A stretch of 64,000 nucleotides of DNA from an uncultured Lentimicrobiaceae bacterium (GCA_964511085.1 CAZEDO010000001.1:39942-103941), one strand, 5' to 3'; numbered from the stretch's first letter, positions 29,205 to 38,228 are shown. Program-made: numbers and translations. The notes: generated by a model not told the origin, from the sequence alone.

Positions 29205-29987
29205 CTAATTCTCAAAATTTATTACCACTGTATCATCTACCCTTATCCCAAGCATTGTGTTGGCATTTCCTCTGTTAATCGCTATCTGTAAGTAACCTGT
29301 CGAGGCAAATAAGGCAAGTATATCGCCCTCGTGAACATCATCATACGCTTCCCTGATTTTATCGATCACGTAACTAGGTCTTTTCACAACAATACTAAAC
29401 TTACGTTTGCTTCCTGTATTAATAAAAAGTTCCTTTGAGATATTCGTAAACACATTGCCATAGCGGTCAATATGAACTGCCTTTCCTTGTATTACCAAAC
29501 CGTTTGCTACCGGCTGAAAGAGGAATTTCTCGGTAAGTGAAGCAGTGACTTCGCCTAACTCTTCGATAGCCCCACCGGATGCCAGGTGGCAGGCTGCTTT
29601 CACAAAGCGATCGCGTGAAGGGAATGTAAAATACCCTGAATCCTGCATAATCCTAAGGCCGACAACTATCTCTGGCGGTTCTTTCAAAAATAGTGTGAAC
29701 ATACCATTATCGGCACCAATAAAGAAATGCCCGTCAGCTTTCACAGCCACATGAGGCCGGACACTGGATTCTACTGAGTCCACTGCAACAATATGGATTG
29801 TTCCTTTCGGGAAATAATGATAAGCATTGCTGATAATAAACGATGCCTGCTTAAGATCGAATGCCGGTATAAGATGCGAGACATCCACTATGGTAACATC
29901 AGGAAGCAGCTTTAGAATGGCACCTTTTACAGATCCAACATAATGGTCGCGCAGTCCCCAGTCGCTTGTTAGTGTGATTATTGGCAT
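29205..29987 (-). CDS. SAM hydroxide adenosyltransferase family protein (DUF62; chlorinase/fluorinase-like fold)
   Basis: 260 aa. The N-terminus PIITLTSDWGLRDHYVGSVKGAILKL is the hallmark of this family. Confidence 0.8.
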   Translation of the reverse strand: MPIITLTSDWGLRDHYVGSVKGAILKLLPDVTIVDVSHLIPAFDLKQASFIISNAYHYFPKGTIHIVAVDSVESSVRPHVAVKADGHFFIGADNGMFTLFLKEPPEIVVGLRIMQDSGYFTFPSRDRFVKAACHLASGGAIEELGEVTASLTEKFLFQPVANGLVIQGKAVHIDRYGNVFTNISKELFINTGSKRKFSIVVKRPSYVIDKIREAYDDVHEGDILALFASTGYLQIAINRGNANTMLGIRVDDTVVINFEN

Positions 29988-30034
29988 ATAAGAAAAGGTA
30001 ATTGCAACTAACAGAAGCCTGTCCGGATTTCGGC

Positions 30035-30042
30035 TATCTTTG
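30035..30042 (+). promoter_or_regulatory. Bacteroidota-type -7 box (TAnnTTTG) upstream of phoH
   Basis: TATCTTTG lies 135 nt upstream of the ATG, so a long leader would be required. Confidence 0.3.
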
Positions 30043-30176
30043 CAATATCAAAATTAGGAATATTCCGACAATGCCGGCATATTCCTTTTATAAAAATACA
30101 AGTTCTTCTATCTCTTAATAATTAAATCGCGTCTTTGCACGAAACAAAATAAAGTATTCCCTAACCTTGCTGCTTA

Positions 30177-31127
30177 ATGAGCGAACGTCTTTTCAGCCTC
30201 GAATCCTACAACCCTGTGGAGATATACGGAATCAACGACCGTAACATGAACCTGCTCCGCGAACTTTTCCCGAAACTCCGTATCATTGCCCGCGACGAAA
30301 TTATCAAAGTGAATGGCGACGACCCCGAAATAGATTCCTTCGCACGAACAGTTGAACTGATACTGATGCATTACGACAAATTCGGCAGTATCTCAGAAAA
30401 CGACATCCGCCAAATGCTGCAGAACGGACATTCGGAAGACCAGTTCCCTCCAAAGGAAACCAGCGACGACGTGTTGGTGCATGGTCGTAACGGCATGATG
30501 ATTAAAGCCCGCACCATCAACCAGCAACGCATTGTTCAGAGTATCGCCACCAACGACATGGTTTTCGCTATTGGCCCTGCCGGTACCGGCAAAACATACA
30601 CGGCTGTTGCACTGGCTGTGCGGGCACTCAAAAACAAGGAAGTTCGGCGCATCATCCTCACCCGCCCTGCTGTGGAAGCAGGTGAAAACCTTGGATTCCT
30701 CCCCGGCGACCTTAAGGACAAACTGGATCCTTACCTCCAGCCACTCTATGATGCCCTGCACGATATGCTCCCCGCCCAAAAACTACTCTCCTACATGGAG
30801 GACCGTACCATCGAAATCGCACCACTAGCCTTCATGCGCGGGCGTACGCTCGACAATGTTTTTGCTATTTTAGACGAAGCCCAGAACGCCACGCCTAACC
30901 AGCTCAAAATGTTTCTGACACGTATGGGCAAGTCTGCAAAATTCTTTATCACCGGCGACATAACCCAGGTTGATCTCCCCCGCAACCAGGCTTCGGGCCT
31001 TGTTCAATCAATGGATCTTCTAAAAAATATCCCCGGTATCGATTTTATCATTCTCGATACGCGTGATGTGATACGGCATAAACTGGTAACGAGCATTATC
31101 AATGCTTATGAGAAGGGGGAGAAGTGA
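30177..31127 (+). CDS. phoH: PhoH-family ATPase
   Basis: 316 aa with Walker A GPAGTGKTYTAVALAV, then RPAVEAGENLGFLPGD and ILDEAQN. Confidence 0.9.
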   Translation: MSERLFSLESYNPVEIYGINDRNMNLLRELFPKLRIIARDEIIKVNGDDPEIDSFARTVELILMHYDKFGSISENDIRQMLQNGHSEDQFPPKETSDDVLVHGRNGMMIKARTINQQRIVQSIATNDMVFAIGPAGTGKTYTAVALAVRALKNKEVRRIILTRPAVEAGENLGFLPGDLKDKLDPYLQPLYDALHDMLPAQKLLSYMEDRTIEIAPLAFMRGRTLDNVFAILDEAQNATPNQLKMFLTRMGKSAKFFITGDITQVDLPRNQASGLVQSMDLLKNIPGIDFIILDTRDVIRHKLVTSIINAYEKGEK

Positions 31128-31464
31128 GTTTGGAGTGACTGGTTTATAAAGCTGATAAGTTGATGAGTTGAAAACCCTGGTGCTGAGAAGTGGTGGTTTT
31201 TTTAGTGCCACTGAATCTAAGTTGTATAGCATTCGCTGCCCCGCAGGGCTTACCAAAGGCAAACCTGCAAAGATTCTGTGTACACGGTTGTATACATGAC
31301 CTTTGCCAGTATTAAAAGTTGACCCCTTCCTCAATTGCAGACTCCTTTGTTCTTACCCTGTTTCCGTCAACAAAAGATTGTGCATATTTTATCCTGCCTT
31401 TCCGGAATGATGGCTGGTATTTTGACTATTTTTGTTCAAAGTATGTTTAGCAACACTTCCTGTT

Positions 31465-31770
31465 ATGTGGAGTAAAATTCCCCCCATCTTTAAAAACAAA
31501 TACCTGCTCACTGGGCTGGCTTTTTTGGTATGGCTGGCTTTTTTCGACAGGAACAACCTGGTTTCGCAATACCGGACGCATAAAGTACTCAACAACCTGC
31601 TTACCGAAAAGAAATTTTATATCGACGAAACTATTAAGGACAGTATGGCCCTGCACGATCTTACTACCGATACTGCAAGCATGGAACGTTATGCCCGGGA
31701 ACATTATATGATGAAAAAGGACAATGAGGATATCTTCATCGTTGTTAAGGAAAAGAAAGAAAAGCAATAA
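31465..31770 (+). CDS. Septum formation initiator (FtsB/DivIC-like) family protein
   Basis: The start is set at the internal ATG (MWSKIP...). A single TM helix (LLTGLAFLVWLAFF) is followed by a short coiled-coil segment and MERYAREHYMMKKDNEDIFIV, which is typical of the family. Confidence 0.7.
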   Translation: MWSKIPPIFKNKYLLTGLAFLVWLAFFDRNNLVSQYRTHKVLNNLLTEKKFYIDETIKDSMALHDLTTDTASMERYAREHYMMKKDNEDIFIVVKEKKEKQ

Positions 31771-31808
31771 TTGGCGCGATGGTTGCGTTAGATCAACAAA
31801 AAGGAAAA

Positions 31809-32166
31809 CCACGGAGACATGGAAAGCACTGAGAAAAACGGAGACAATTATTCAGATACTATAAAGGCTTTCTGGAACAATTATTAATTCACAAAACTTA
31901 AAGACTGTTTAAATTTAAATTAGAATGTTTATTTGTGCTAATTGCTCAATATTCTGTCAGGTTGAGTAATGTCACCCTGAGCGGAGTCGAAGGGTAAGTC
32001 GTAGCCCACTAAAATAGTCAGATAATGCTTGTTTTAGAGCTAAACAAGTGCATTTCGACTCCGCTCAATGTGACAGAAAAACAAGTTTTTCAATTGGAGA
32101 TTATTATTAACAACTATAAACAGACACTTAATTTCCGCATACCTCCGTGATCTCCGTGTCTCCGTG
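31809..32166. repeat. Composite intergenic element. Outer inverted heptamer clusters (ACGGAGACA x2 against CTCCGTG x3) enclose a 22-nt-arm hairpin
   Basis: The outer pair is cacggagaca (31810-31819) and tgtctccgtg (32157-32166), perfectly complementary. The inner pair is tgtcaccctgagcggagtcgaa (31970-31991) and ttcgactccgctcaatgtgaca (32054-32075), complementary at 20 of 22 positions. A further small hairpin, cttgtttta/taaacaag, sits in the loop. Confidence 0.7.
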
Positions 32167-32195
32167 TTAAATCTTTAAAACCCTGATTAATACTT

Positions 32196-32759
32196 ATGAA
32201 CGCATCAACAATCAAACGATTCATATTCCTGTTCATCGCTATTGCCACCTCAGCAACCACTCAGCTCCGCGCCCAGGAATCCGCCCCTGCCATGCCTGTT
32301 AACCCCGAAACAAAACTCATAACTTATCAGGAAGTAGTTAAAGTGGAAGGGACAATTAAGGACCTGTATTCCCGTGCCATCGACTGGATAAATGTAAATT
32401 ACAAGAACCCTGATGATGCCACAAAAGTGCGCGACCCCCAAACCGGGTACATCGAAATATATCACCGCTTCAACCTTGAACGAACAGACCGGCAGGATAC
32501 CAAAATTGCCGCCGGCATCATCGATTACACGTTAAAACTGGAACTGAAAGACGGTCGTTACCGCTATACAATCACCAACCTCAACCTGAAGCAGTCATCA
32601 AAATTCCCGATAGAGCGCTGGCTGGACAAAACTGACAAGGCATACAACCCGAACTGGAACCTTTTTCTTGCTCAAATGGATAAACAGATAAATACGCTCA
32701 TCGAAAGCCTTAAAAAGGGTATGTTGCCGGGGATTAAGAAGAAGGAAGATGTGTGGTAG
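32196..32759 (+). CDS. DUF4468-like secreted protein
   Basis: 187 aa with a signal peptide (FIFLFIAIATSATTQLRAQ). The pattern NPETKLITYQEVVKVEGTIKDLYSRAIDWINVNY recalls DUF4468. The family assignment is from memory. Confidence 0.55.
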   Translation: MNASTIKRFIFLFIAIATSATTQLRAQESAPAMPVNPETKLITYQEVVKVEGTIKDLYSRAIDWINVNYKNPDDATKVRDPQTGYIEIYHRFNLERTDRQDTKIAAGIIDYTLKLELKDGRYRYTITNLNLKQSSKFPIERWLDKTDKAYNPNWNLFLAQMDKQINTLIESLKKGMLPGIKKKEDVW

Positions 32760-32777
32760 AAAGTTGGTTCGCTTTTT

Positions 32778-34238
32778 TTACTTAACAACTTCTATTATTG
32801 CCCTTTTAACAGCAGGATAATTCACAGTTTTTTTAGCTTTCAGAAAATCTATCAGCGCCTGTGCCGTGGTGGTATACAGAGATACGCCTGCATCGCGGTG
32901 GTCGAAACGGTAGCTGCTCGCCATATAACTGTTAATACCAACCGTGTATTCCTTTGCGGGATCGAGTGCCTGACCAAAACTATCGGTTATAACAACATCC
33001 CTCAGCACTTTGGCCGAATCAACATACAAAGTATAGGACATGCCCGATACCTGCAGGTCGAGCGTCTTTTCGCGGTTGTAGGCCGAACCTATTAAGGATT
33101 TGATTTCGCTGGCATTCATATTGAACTTAACAACCATATTGCCAAAGGGATCGAGCTTATAAATATCTTTCAGCAGGATATTGCCAGCGGTGAGTTCAGA
33201 AATGCGGATACCGCCATTGTTCTGAAAAGCGAAATCAACAGCAAGCCTGTCAGTAATTGCATCTGTCATAAGGCTGCCCAGGGCATCCTCCCCTTCTATG
33301 GTTTGAGCTGCGGTAGCAATAACTTCGTTTAGCGCCGGGTTGCTGTTGTAGGCATCAATCAGTCCCTGAATTATTTTATCCTTCCCCTTGATACTGTTCA
33401 GGTTTATGAGTTCAAATGATCGCCCGACTAACTTGCCATCAGCTACAAGCAAGATTATTTTACCAACGAATTTCAACCCCGAACCGGCTTGTGTAATCAT
33501 TACACCATTCACCATCATCGGTCTTTCCATTACGGTATGTGAATGCCCACCGATAATCAGATCAAGTTCGCCCATTTGTTTCGCCAGGTCAGGATCTTTT
33601 TCGATGCCAAGATGTGTGAGTGCGATAAACACATCGCTCTGCTGCTTAAGGTACTTATAAGTGAGTGCCTTGCCGATTCCTTCTTCAAAATGAATGCCTT
33701 TAAGTTTATCAGGATGTGAATCGGGAAGACCGTTCTCTCCAAGCTGGATAATGCTTAACACGGCAATCCGCAATCCGTCTGCTGTTTTCAGTACAATGTA
33801 TGGCTCTGGTTGTTTAAAAGTAGCTCCTTTAGCATCAATATTACAACTGATGAAAGGAAAAGTAGCCTGCTCTATGCGTTTGTTCAGGTTTTCCTGGCCA
33901 AGGTCGAATTCATGGTTACCAATTGCGCTAATATTGTAGCCAAGCCTGTTCATCAGATCGATCATCGGATAGCCCTTGTCTGGATACTGGTCCACTACAG
34001 GGTTTCCTGTAAAATTATCTCCTGCAGAAACCAAAAAAACATCTTTGAATTGATGCCTTAGACTATCCGCGAGATATGCAAGTTTCGGAAAATTATCGAT
34101 CCGGGCATGCATATCATTTGTAGTAAGAATAATGATCCTGGCTGTATCCGTGGCTTTAGCTCTTTGTATGTCAGGATGGCCTGCCGCGGAGAATAGCTGC
34201 AGAAGGAAAGCTGCAATAAACAAGTTAGTTAATTTCAT
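32778..34238 (-). CDS. Bifunctional metallophosphatase/5'-nucleotidase (UshA-like), secreted
   Basis: 486 aa with a signal peptide. Calcineurin-like metallophosphoesterase motifs are present: ILTTNDMHAR, SAGDNFTG, GNHEFD, GGHSH. A C-terminal 5'-nucleotidase substrate-binding domain follows. Confidence 0.85.
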   Translation of the reverse strand: MKLTNLFIAAFLLQLFSAAGHPDIQRAKATDTARIIILTTNDMHARIDNFPKLAYLADSLRHQFKDVFLVSAGDNFTGNPVVDQYPDKGYPMIDLMNRLGYNISAIGNHEFDLGQENLNKRIEQATFPFISCNIDAKGATFKQPEPYIVLKTADGLRIAVLSIIQLGENGLPDSHPDKLKGIHFEEGIGKALTYKYLKQQSDVFIALTHLGIEKDPDLAKQMGELDLIIGGHSHTVMERPMMVNGVMITQAGSGLKFVGKIILLVADGKLVGRSFELINLNSIKGKDKIIQGLIDAYNSNPALNEVIATAAQTIEGEDALGSLMTDAITDRLAVDFAFQNNGGIRISELTAGNILLKDIYKLDPFGNMVVKFNMNASEIKSLIGSAYNREKTLDLQVSGMSYTLYVDSAKVLRDVVITDSFGQALDPAKEYTVGINSYMASSYRFDHRDAGVSLYTTTAQALIDFLKAKKTVNYPAVKRAIIEVVK

Positions 34239-34440
34239 CAGAATGGGTTGGTTCTATAGTGATTAATTGATTGGGGGTAAGTTCACCATCATTTTCGAGA
34301 AGGTTGCCAAAACGGTCGTGTACCGCCAGCTTGCCTTTCAGCAGGAACTCGTGGGCTTTTTTATCGTAGGCCAATACTGCATCTCTAACAGTGGCGCCAT
34401 CGAAAATCTGGATCTCTTTTTGATTTATATATACATTCAT
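34225..34440 (-). CDS. Small hypothetical protein (71 aa), possibly a beta-grasp fold
   Basis: The ORF overlaps the start of the nucleotidase gene by 14 nt, which suggests coupling. The pattern MNVYINQKEIQIFDGATVRDAV...ENDGELTPNQLITI loosely resembles ThiS/MoaD-type beta-grasp proteins, but there is no C-terminal GG. Confidence 0.4.
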   Translation of the reverse strand: MNVYINQKEIQIFDGATVRDAVLAYDKKAHEFLLKGKLAVHDRFGNLLENDGELTPNQLITIEPTHSDEIN

Positions 34441-34454
34441 AATCTTTTTTTTAA

Positions 34455-34510
34455 GTTAGGCTGTGAGGGTGTTAGGCTGTAAGGTCGTTAGGCTGTTAGG
34501 CTGTTAGGCT
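34455..34510. repeat. Octanucleotide tandem repeat, 7 units of GTTAGGCT (five perfect, two degenerate)
   Basis: gttaggct gtgagggt gttaggct gtaaggtc gttaggct gttaggct gttaggct. It begins 15 nt upstream of the start codon of the 71-aa ORF and lies downstream of the amidohydrolase stop. Confidence 0.85.
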
Positions 34511-34599
34511 AATTTTTAATTGATATAGTAATTGTGAATATTGCACTTCTAATATATTGGGATGTTCCTGCTGTGATTCTAATACTTAAATTTCATCTT

Positions 34600-35790
34600 T
34601 TACAAAATTCTCTTCACTTTACTATCCTGCGCTAAAACAACGTTCTCACCTGCTTCTTGTTCAATTAAAATAATACCGGGCTTTTTCCCGGCTTCAAAAC
34701 TACCAAGCTTGTCAGAAAACCCCAGCGCTTCTGCACCATTAATGGTTGCCCAGCTGAAAAGTTCTTCCAATTCAACTTCAGGATAATATTTGCTTATTGT
34801 TTTCATTTCGTCCAGAACAGACAAATGTTTGTTGGATGCAAGACTGTCGGTACCAAGCGTTATTTTGGCCCCTGCCCTGCGCAAAGCATTTATATCGGGG
34901 AGTATGCCGCTGATATACAGGTTAGACCCGGCGCAAATGCACCACCAAAGGTTATTAAAATGCTTCATGGCATATGCAATATCGTCTTCCTTTGATACTG
35001 TATTATGTACCAGAATAAGCTTGTTAGTCCAGGGGAGATAATGCGCCACCGCTGGAAGCGGACGACAGCCAGGCGAATTAACATCAGGCACTTTTATTCC
35101 AAACCGCCTGATCCTTTCGGCAACAGGACCATCACCGGATTCTAAATAACGGTTTTCGTCTTCATTTTCCTGGTGATGGATGCTTAACAAGCCTCCTGTT
35201 TTATAAGCAAATGTACCAACCAGCTTTAAAAGCTCCTTTGAAACAGAATAGGGTGAATGAGGCACAACAGAAGCAATGAGGCCATTTGCCAGAGCGTGAG
35301 AAAATAATTGCCGGGCATCGTCAAAAAATTCACCGGCACGCTCGATGTCCGACCCAAAAACTTCTACAAAAGTGTGGTACAGCAACTTTCCCTGTTTCTT
35401 AGTTTGAAAAGAAGCGATGGTATTGGAAATATCCCCAACTGCAACAATACCCGAAAGCAGCATCTCCTGTTCAGCCTTTTCAATGGATGAAATGATTGCG
35501 TCAGCATCAACTGGCTTCTTCTTTTCCTGCTCCAACTGCCCGATAAAACCATCCAGACCGGCATCTTTACTTATTTTATCAAGTAGCCATGAAAGTTCGA
35601 GATGGCAGTGCGTATTTATAAATCCCGGACACAAAATCCCACGCAGTTTCTGTATTTCCGATTCCGGAACAGGTGCTTCATCTGGTTTGAATATCCCGTT
35701 TATCAATCCATTCTCATGCACAGCAAGCACACCGCCCTTGATAGAATGAGAAGTTATTGGCAGAAGATAATCAGCAGATAAATAAATCAT
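34600..35790 (-). CDS. Amidohydrolase-superfamily protein (deaminase/chlorohydrolase-like)
   Basis: 396 aa with the metal-binding HxH motif in PGFINTHCHLELS and later HH/His/Asp positions (SIHHQEN, LVHNT, LGTDSLASN). Confidence 0.75.
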   Translation of the reverse strand: MIYLSADYLLPITSHSIKGGVLAVHENGLINGIFKPDEAPVPESEIQKLRGILCPGFINTHCHLELSWLLDKISKDAGLDGFIGQLEQEKKKPVDADAIISSIEKAEQEMLLSGIVAVGDISNTIASFQTKKQGKLLYHTFVEVFGSDIERAGEFFDDARQLFSHALANGLIASVVPHSPYSVSKELLKLVGTFAYKTGGLLSIHHQENEDENRYLESGDGPVAERIRRFGIKVPDVNSPGCRPLPAVAHYLPWTNKLILVHNTVSKEDDIAYAMKHFNNLWWCICAGSNLYISGILPDINALRRAGAKITLGTDSLASNKHLSVLDEMKTISKYYPEVELEELFSWATINGAEALGFSDKLGSFEAGKKPGIILIEQEAGENVVLAQDSKVKRIL

Positions 35791-35922
35791 GTTTAATAAA
35801 AATAATCTAAATGTTAAACATTATTTTTGTTTAACTGTTTGTACAAATATATGTTAATTTGCTGGTGCCGTAACAAAGAAACATTACGTCTGTCATAATA
35901 TGAATGCAAATGCCTAAGTAAG

Positions 35923-35930
35923 TATCTTTG
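35923..35930 (+). promoter_or_regulatory. -7 box (TAnnTTTG) for the mevalonate operon
   Basis: TATCTTTG lies 44-51 nt upstream of the HMG-CoA reductase ATG. Confidence 0.4.
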
Positions 35931-35973
35931 CATTATAAATGGTTCAGGGGATCAGAGGCAAGAAATATTAAGA

Positions 35974-37308
35974 ATGAAGAATAATCATATTGTTGAAGGC
36001 TTTTCGAAACTTACCAAGAACGAGAAGTTGCGGTTGCTATCAGGTTCGTTCAGGAATCCTGCCCAGATAGAATTCATGTTACGTTCATTCTGGCATGTTG
36101 ATCCTGACAGGCAGAAATTATTCGATGAATTCAGTGAAAACACAATTTCTAACTTTTATTTCCCTTTTGGAATTGCACCTAACTTTGTAATCAACGGCAA
36201 AATGTATATGGTACCGATGGTTATTGAAGAAAGCTCGGTAATTGCAGCCGCATCCAGCAGTGCTAAGTTTTGGTCAGAGAAAGGTGGCTTTCATTCTGAA
36301 GTTTTATCAACTGTAAAGATAGGACAGGTTCATTTTATCTGGAAAGGTGACTTTGAACAGCTTCGAACCTCTTTTCCCGAAATAAAGAAATTACTCCTGG
36401 AAAGAACCCACCCTCTCACAGCAAACATGGTAAAACGGGGAGGGGGAATACTTGACATAGAGCTGGTTGACCACACAAAGGAACTCGAAAACTATTACCA
36501 GCTGAAAGCCACATTTGACACCCGCGATTCGATGGGCGCCAATTTTATTAATTCCTGCCTGGAAGAATTTGCCGATATCCTCCGTGAATACATTGCAGAA
36601 AGCTATCTGTTTGAGGAGCAGGACTTACAAATAATTATGTCGATACTATCGAACTATACTCCCGATTGCCTTGTTCATTCGTATGTGGAATGTGATATTA
36701 GTGAATGCAAGGACTTTGACGAAGCTATTGCAGCCGATGATTTCGTATATAAATTTGAGAAAGCAGTTCAAATAGCACAGGTTGATATACACCGGGCGAC
36801 AACACATAATAAAGGTATTTTTAATGGTATTGATGCTGTCGCACTCGCCACTGGGAACGATTTCAGGGCAATAGAAGCCTGCGGGCATGCTTATGCATCA
36901 AGGGATGGCCAATATAAGAGTCTCTCGGAGATCAGCCTGAAAGACGGAAAATTCCGTTATAGCCTTACTGTTCCGCTCTCGATGGGTACCGTTGGTGGTC
37001 TGACTTCGTTACATCCTCTGGCCAGACTTTCGCTGGAGCTACTTGGCAACCCTGAAGCACCTGAACTGATGAAGATTGCTTCCTGCGTAGGACTTGCCAA
37101 TAATTTCGGAGCATTAAAATCGCTCACTACAAAAGGGATTCAAAAGGGTCACATGAAGATGCATCTGCTCAATATTTTAAACGTTTTTGATTCGGATGAA
37201 GAAGAAAAGAAGAAAGCTATTCACTATTTTAAACACGAAAAAGTATCATACAGTTCAGTAAGCAAACTCCTGACGGAACTCCGTTTGCAGGGGAAGCCCC
37301 AATTATAG
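35974..37308 (+). CDS. Hydroxymethylglutaryl-CoA reductase, class II
   Basis: 444 aa with ENTISNFYFPFGIAPNFVINGKMYMVPMVIEESSVIAAASSSAKF, DSMGANFINS, and TTHNKGIFNGIDAVALATGND. Confidence 0.9.
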   Translation: MKNNHIVEGFSKLTKNEKLRLLSGSFRNPAQIEFMLRSFWHVDPDRQKLFDEFSENTISNFYFPFGIAPNFVINGKMYMVPMVIEESSVIAAASSSAKFWSEKGGFHSEVLSTVKIGQVHFIWKGDFEQLRTSFPEIKKLLLERTHPLTANMVKRGGGILDIELVDHTKELENYYQLKATFDTRDSMGANFINSCLEEFADILREYIAESYLFEEQDLQIIMSILSNYTPDCLVHSYVECDISECKDFDEAIAADDFVYKFEKAVQIAQVDIHRATTHNKGIFNGIDAVALATGNDFRAIEACGHAYASRDGQYKSLSEISLKDGKFRYSLTVPLSMGTVGGLTSLHPLARLSLELLGNPEAPELMKIASCVGLANNFGALKSLTTKGIQKGHMKMHLLNILNVFDSDEEEKKKAIHYFKHEKVSYSSVSKLLTELRLQGKPQL

Positions 37309-38228
37309 ATAAACCTGAGACTATCATTTACAATTCGCACGGAAAACTACTTCTCTCGGGAGAATACATGGTTATGGATGGTGCCCTTGCTCTCTCTGTG
37401 CCTCTGAATTTAGGACAGACTATGCATGTAACACCTGTCAATGGTGATATCCTTATTTGGAAAGCCCTTGAAAATGAACTTATATGGTTTGAAGCTGAAT
37501 TTTCTATTTCAGATTTTAGGATAGTCAGCAGCAGCGATCTTTTCAGGGCCGAAAAATTGAGTATGATTTTGCAGAAAGCCCGCAACCTTAATCCTGATTT
37601 CCTCACTGCAGAAGGTGCCGAAGTAATTAATTATCTTGAATTTAGCCGTCAGTGGGGATTTGGCAGCAGTTCTACTCTCATCTCAAACATTGCTGCATGG
37701 GCATTAGTTGACCCTTTCGAACTCTTTTTCAAAACATCCGGTGGTTCAGGCTACGATGTTGCATGTGCTCGGGCAAAAGGACCTATCCTGTATCAATTAA
37801 AAGAATCAAAACCAGTATTTGAACCTGTAGCTTTTAGTCCTCAATTCCGAAACAATCTTTATTTTGTATATACAGGTAGAAAAAAAAACTCAGATGACGG
37901 TATCAGGTTTTATCGTAGTTTGATGAAACCTGGGCCTGTTGAAATTGCAGCTTTATCATATATTACACTTCATATGTCCCTGGCTTCAACGCTGGCGGAA
38001 TTTGAAGATTATATGCAGGAGCATGAGCGAATCATCAGCCGGTTCCTGCGCATTGCCCCTATAAAGGATCAACAATTCAGCGATTTTGATGGCGGATTAA
38101 AATCATTAGGTGCATGGGGAGGAGATTTCCTGCTGGCAACATGGGAAGGGGAACCAGAGGGACTAAGAGCTTATTTTGCTTCAAAAACTATAAATCTTAT
38201 TTTTAGATATAATGATCTTGTCCTCTGA
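37302..38228 (+). CDS. GYDIA-family GHMP kinase (presumed phosphomevalonate kinase). The start codon is unresolved
   Basis: A GSGYDVACA (GYDIA) motif and a GFGSSST motif are present. The first ATG is at 37368, but the in-frame upstream codons encode IIYNSHGKLLLSGEY, the conserved GHMP N-terminal motif. No ATG/GTG/TTG lies between the in-frame stop at 37230 and 37368. Only ATT, ATA and ATC codons are available (37302, 37305, 37323, 37326). Confidence 0.7.
   Translation: MIDKPETIIYNSHGKLLLSGEYMVMDGALALSVPLNLGQTMHVTPVNGDILIWKALENELIWFEAEFSISDFRIVSSSDLFRAEKLSMILQKARNLNPDFLTAEGAEVINYLEFSRQWGFGSSSTLISNIAAWALVDPFELFFKTSGGSGYDVACARAKGPILYQLKESKPVFEPVAFSPQFRNNLYFVYTGRKKNSDDGIRFYRSLMKPGPVEIAALSYITLHMSLASTLAEFEDYMQEHERIISRFLRIAPIKDQQFSDFDGGLKSLGAWGGDFLLATWEGEPEGLRAYFASKTINLIFRYNDLVL

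Noticed and set aside
31020-31595. Minus-strand ORFs (104 aa and 68 aa) in or around the 300-nt phoH / ftsB-like spacer. Also considered a possible sRNA or terminator there
   Set aside because: The ORFs overlap the phoH 3' end or the ftsB-like 5' end and have no motifs. I could not find a convincing stem-loop. The T7 run at about 31195 lacks a preceding complementary stem. The region is left unannotated.
34455-34510. Considered whether the octamer repeat could be a CRISPR array or a telomere-like repeat
   Set aside because: The units are only 8 bp and directly abutting with no spacers, and no cas genes are nearby. It is a simple tandem repeat.
37328-37606. 92-aa minus-strand ORF antisense to the start of the GYDIA kinase
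   Set aside because: The plus-strand frame carries conserved GHMP motifs across this whole interval, and the antisense product has no features.
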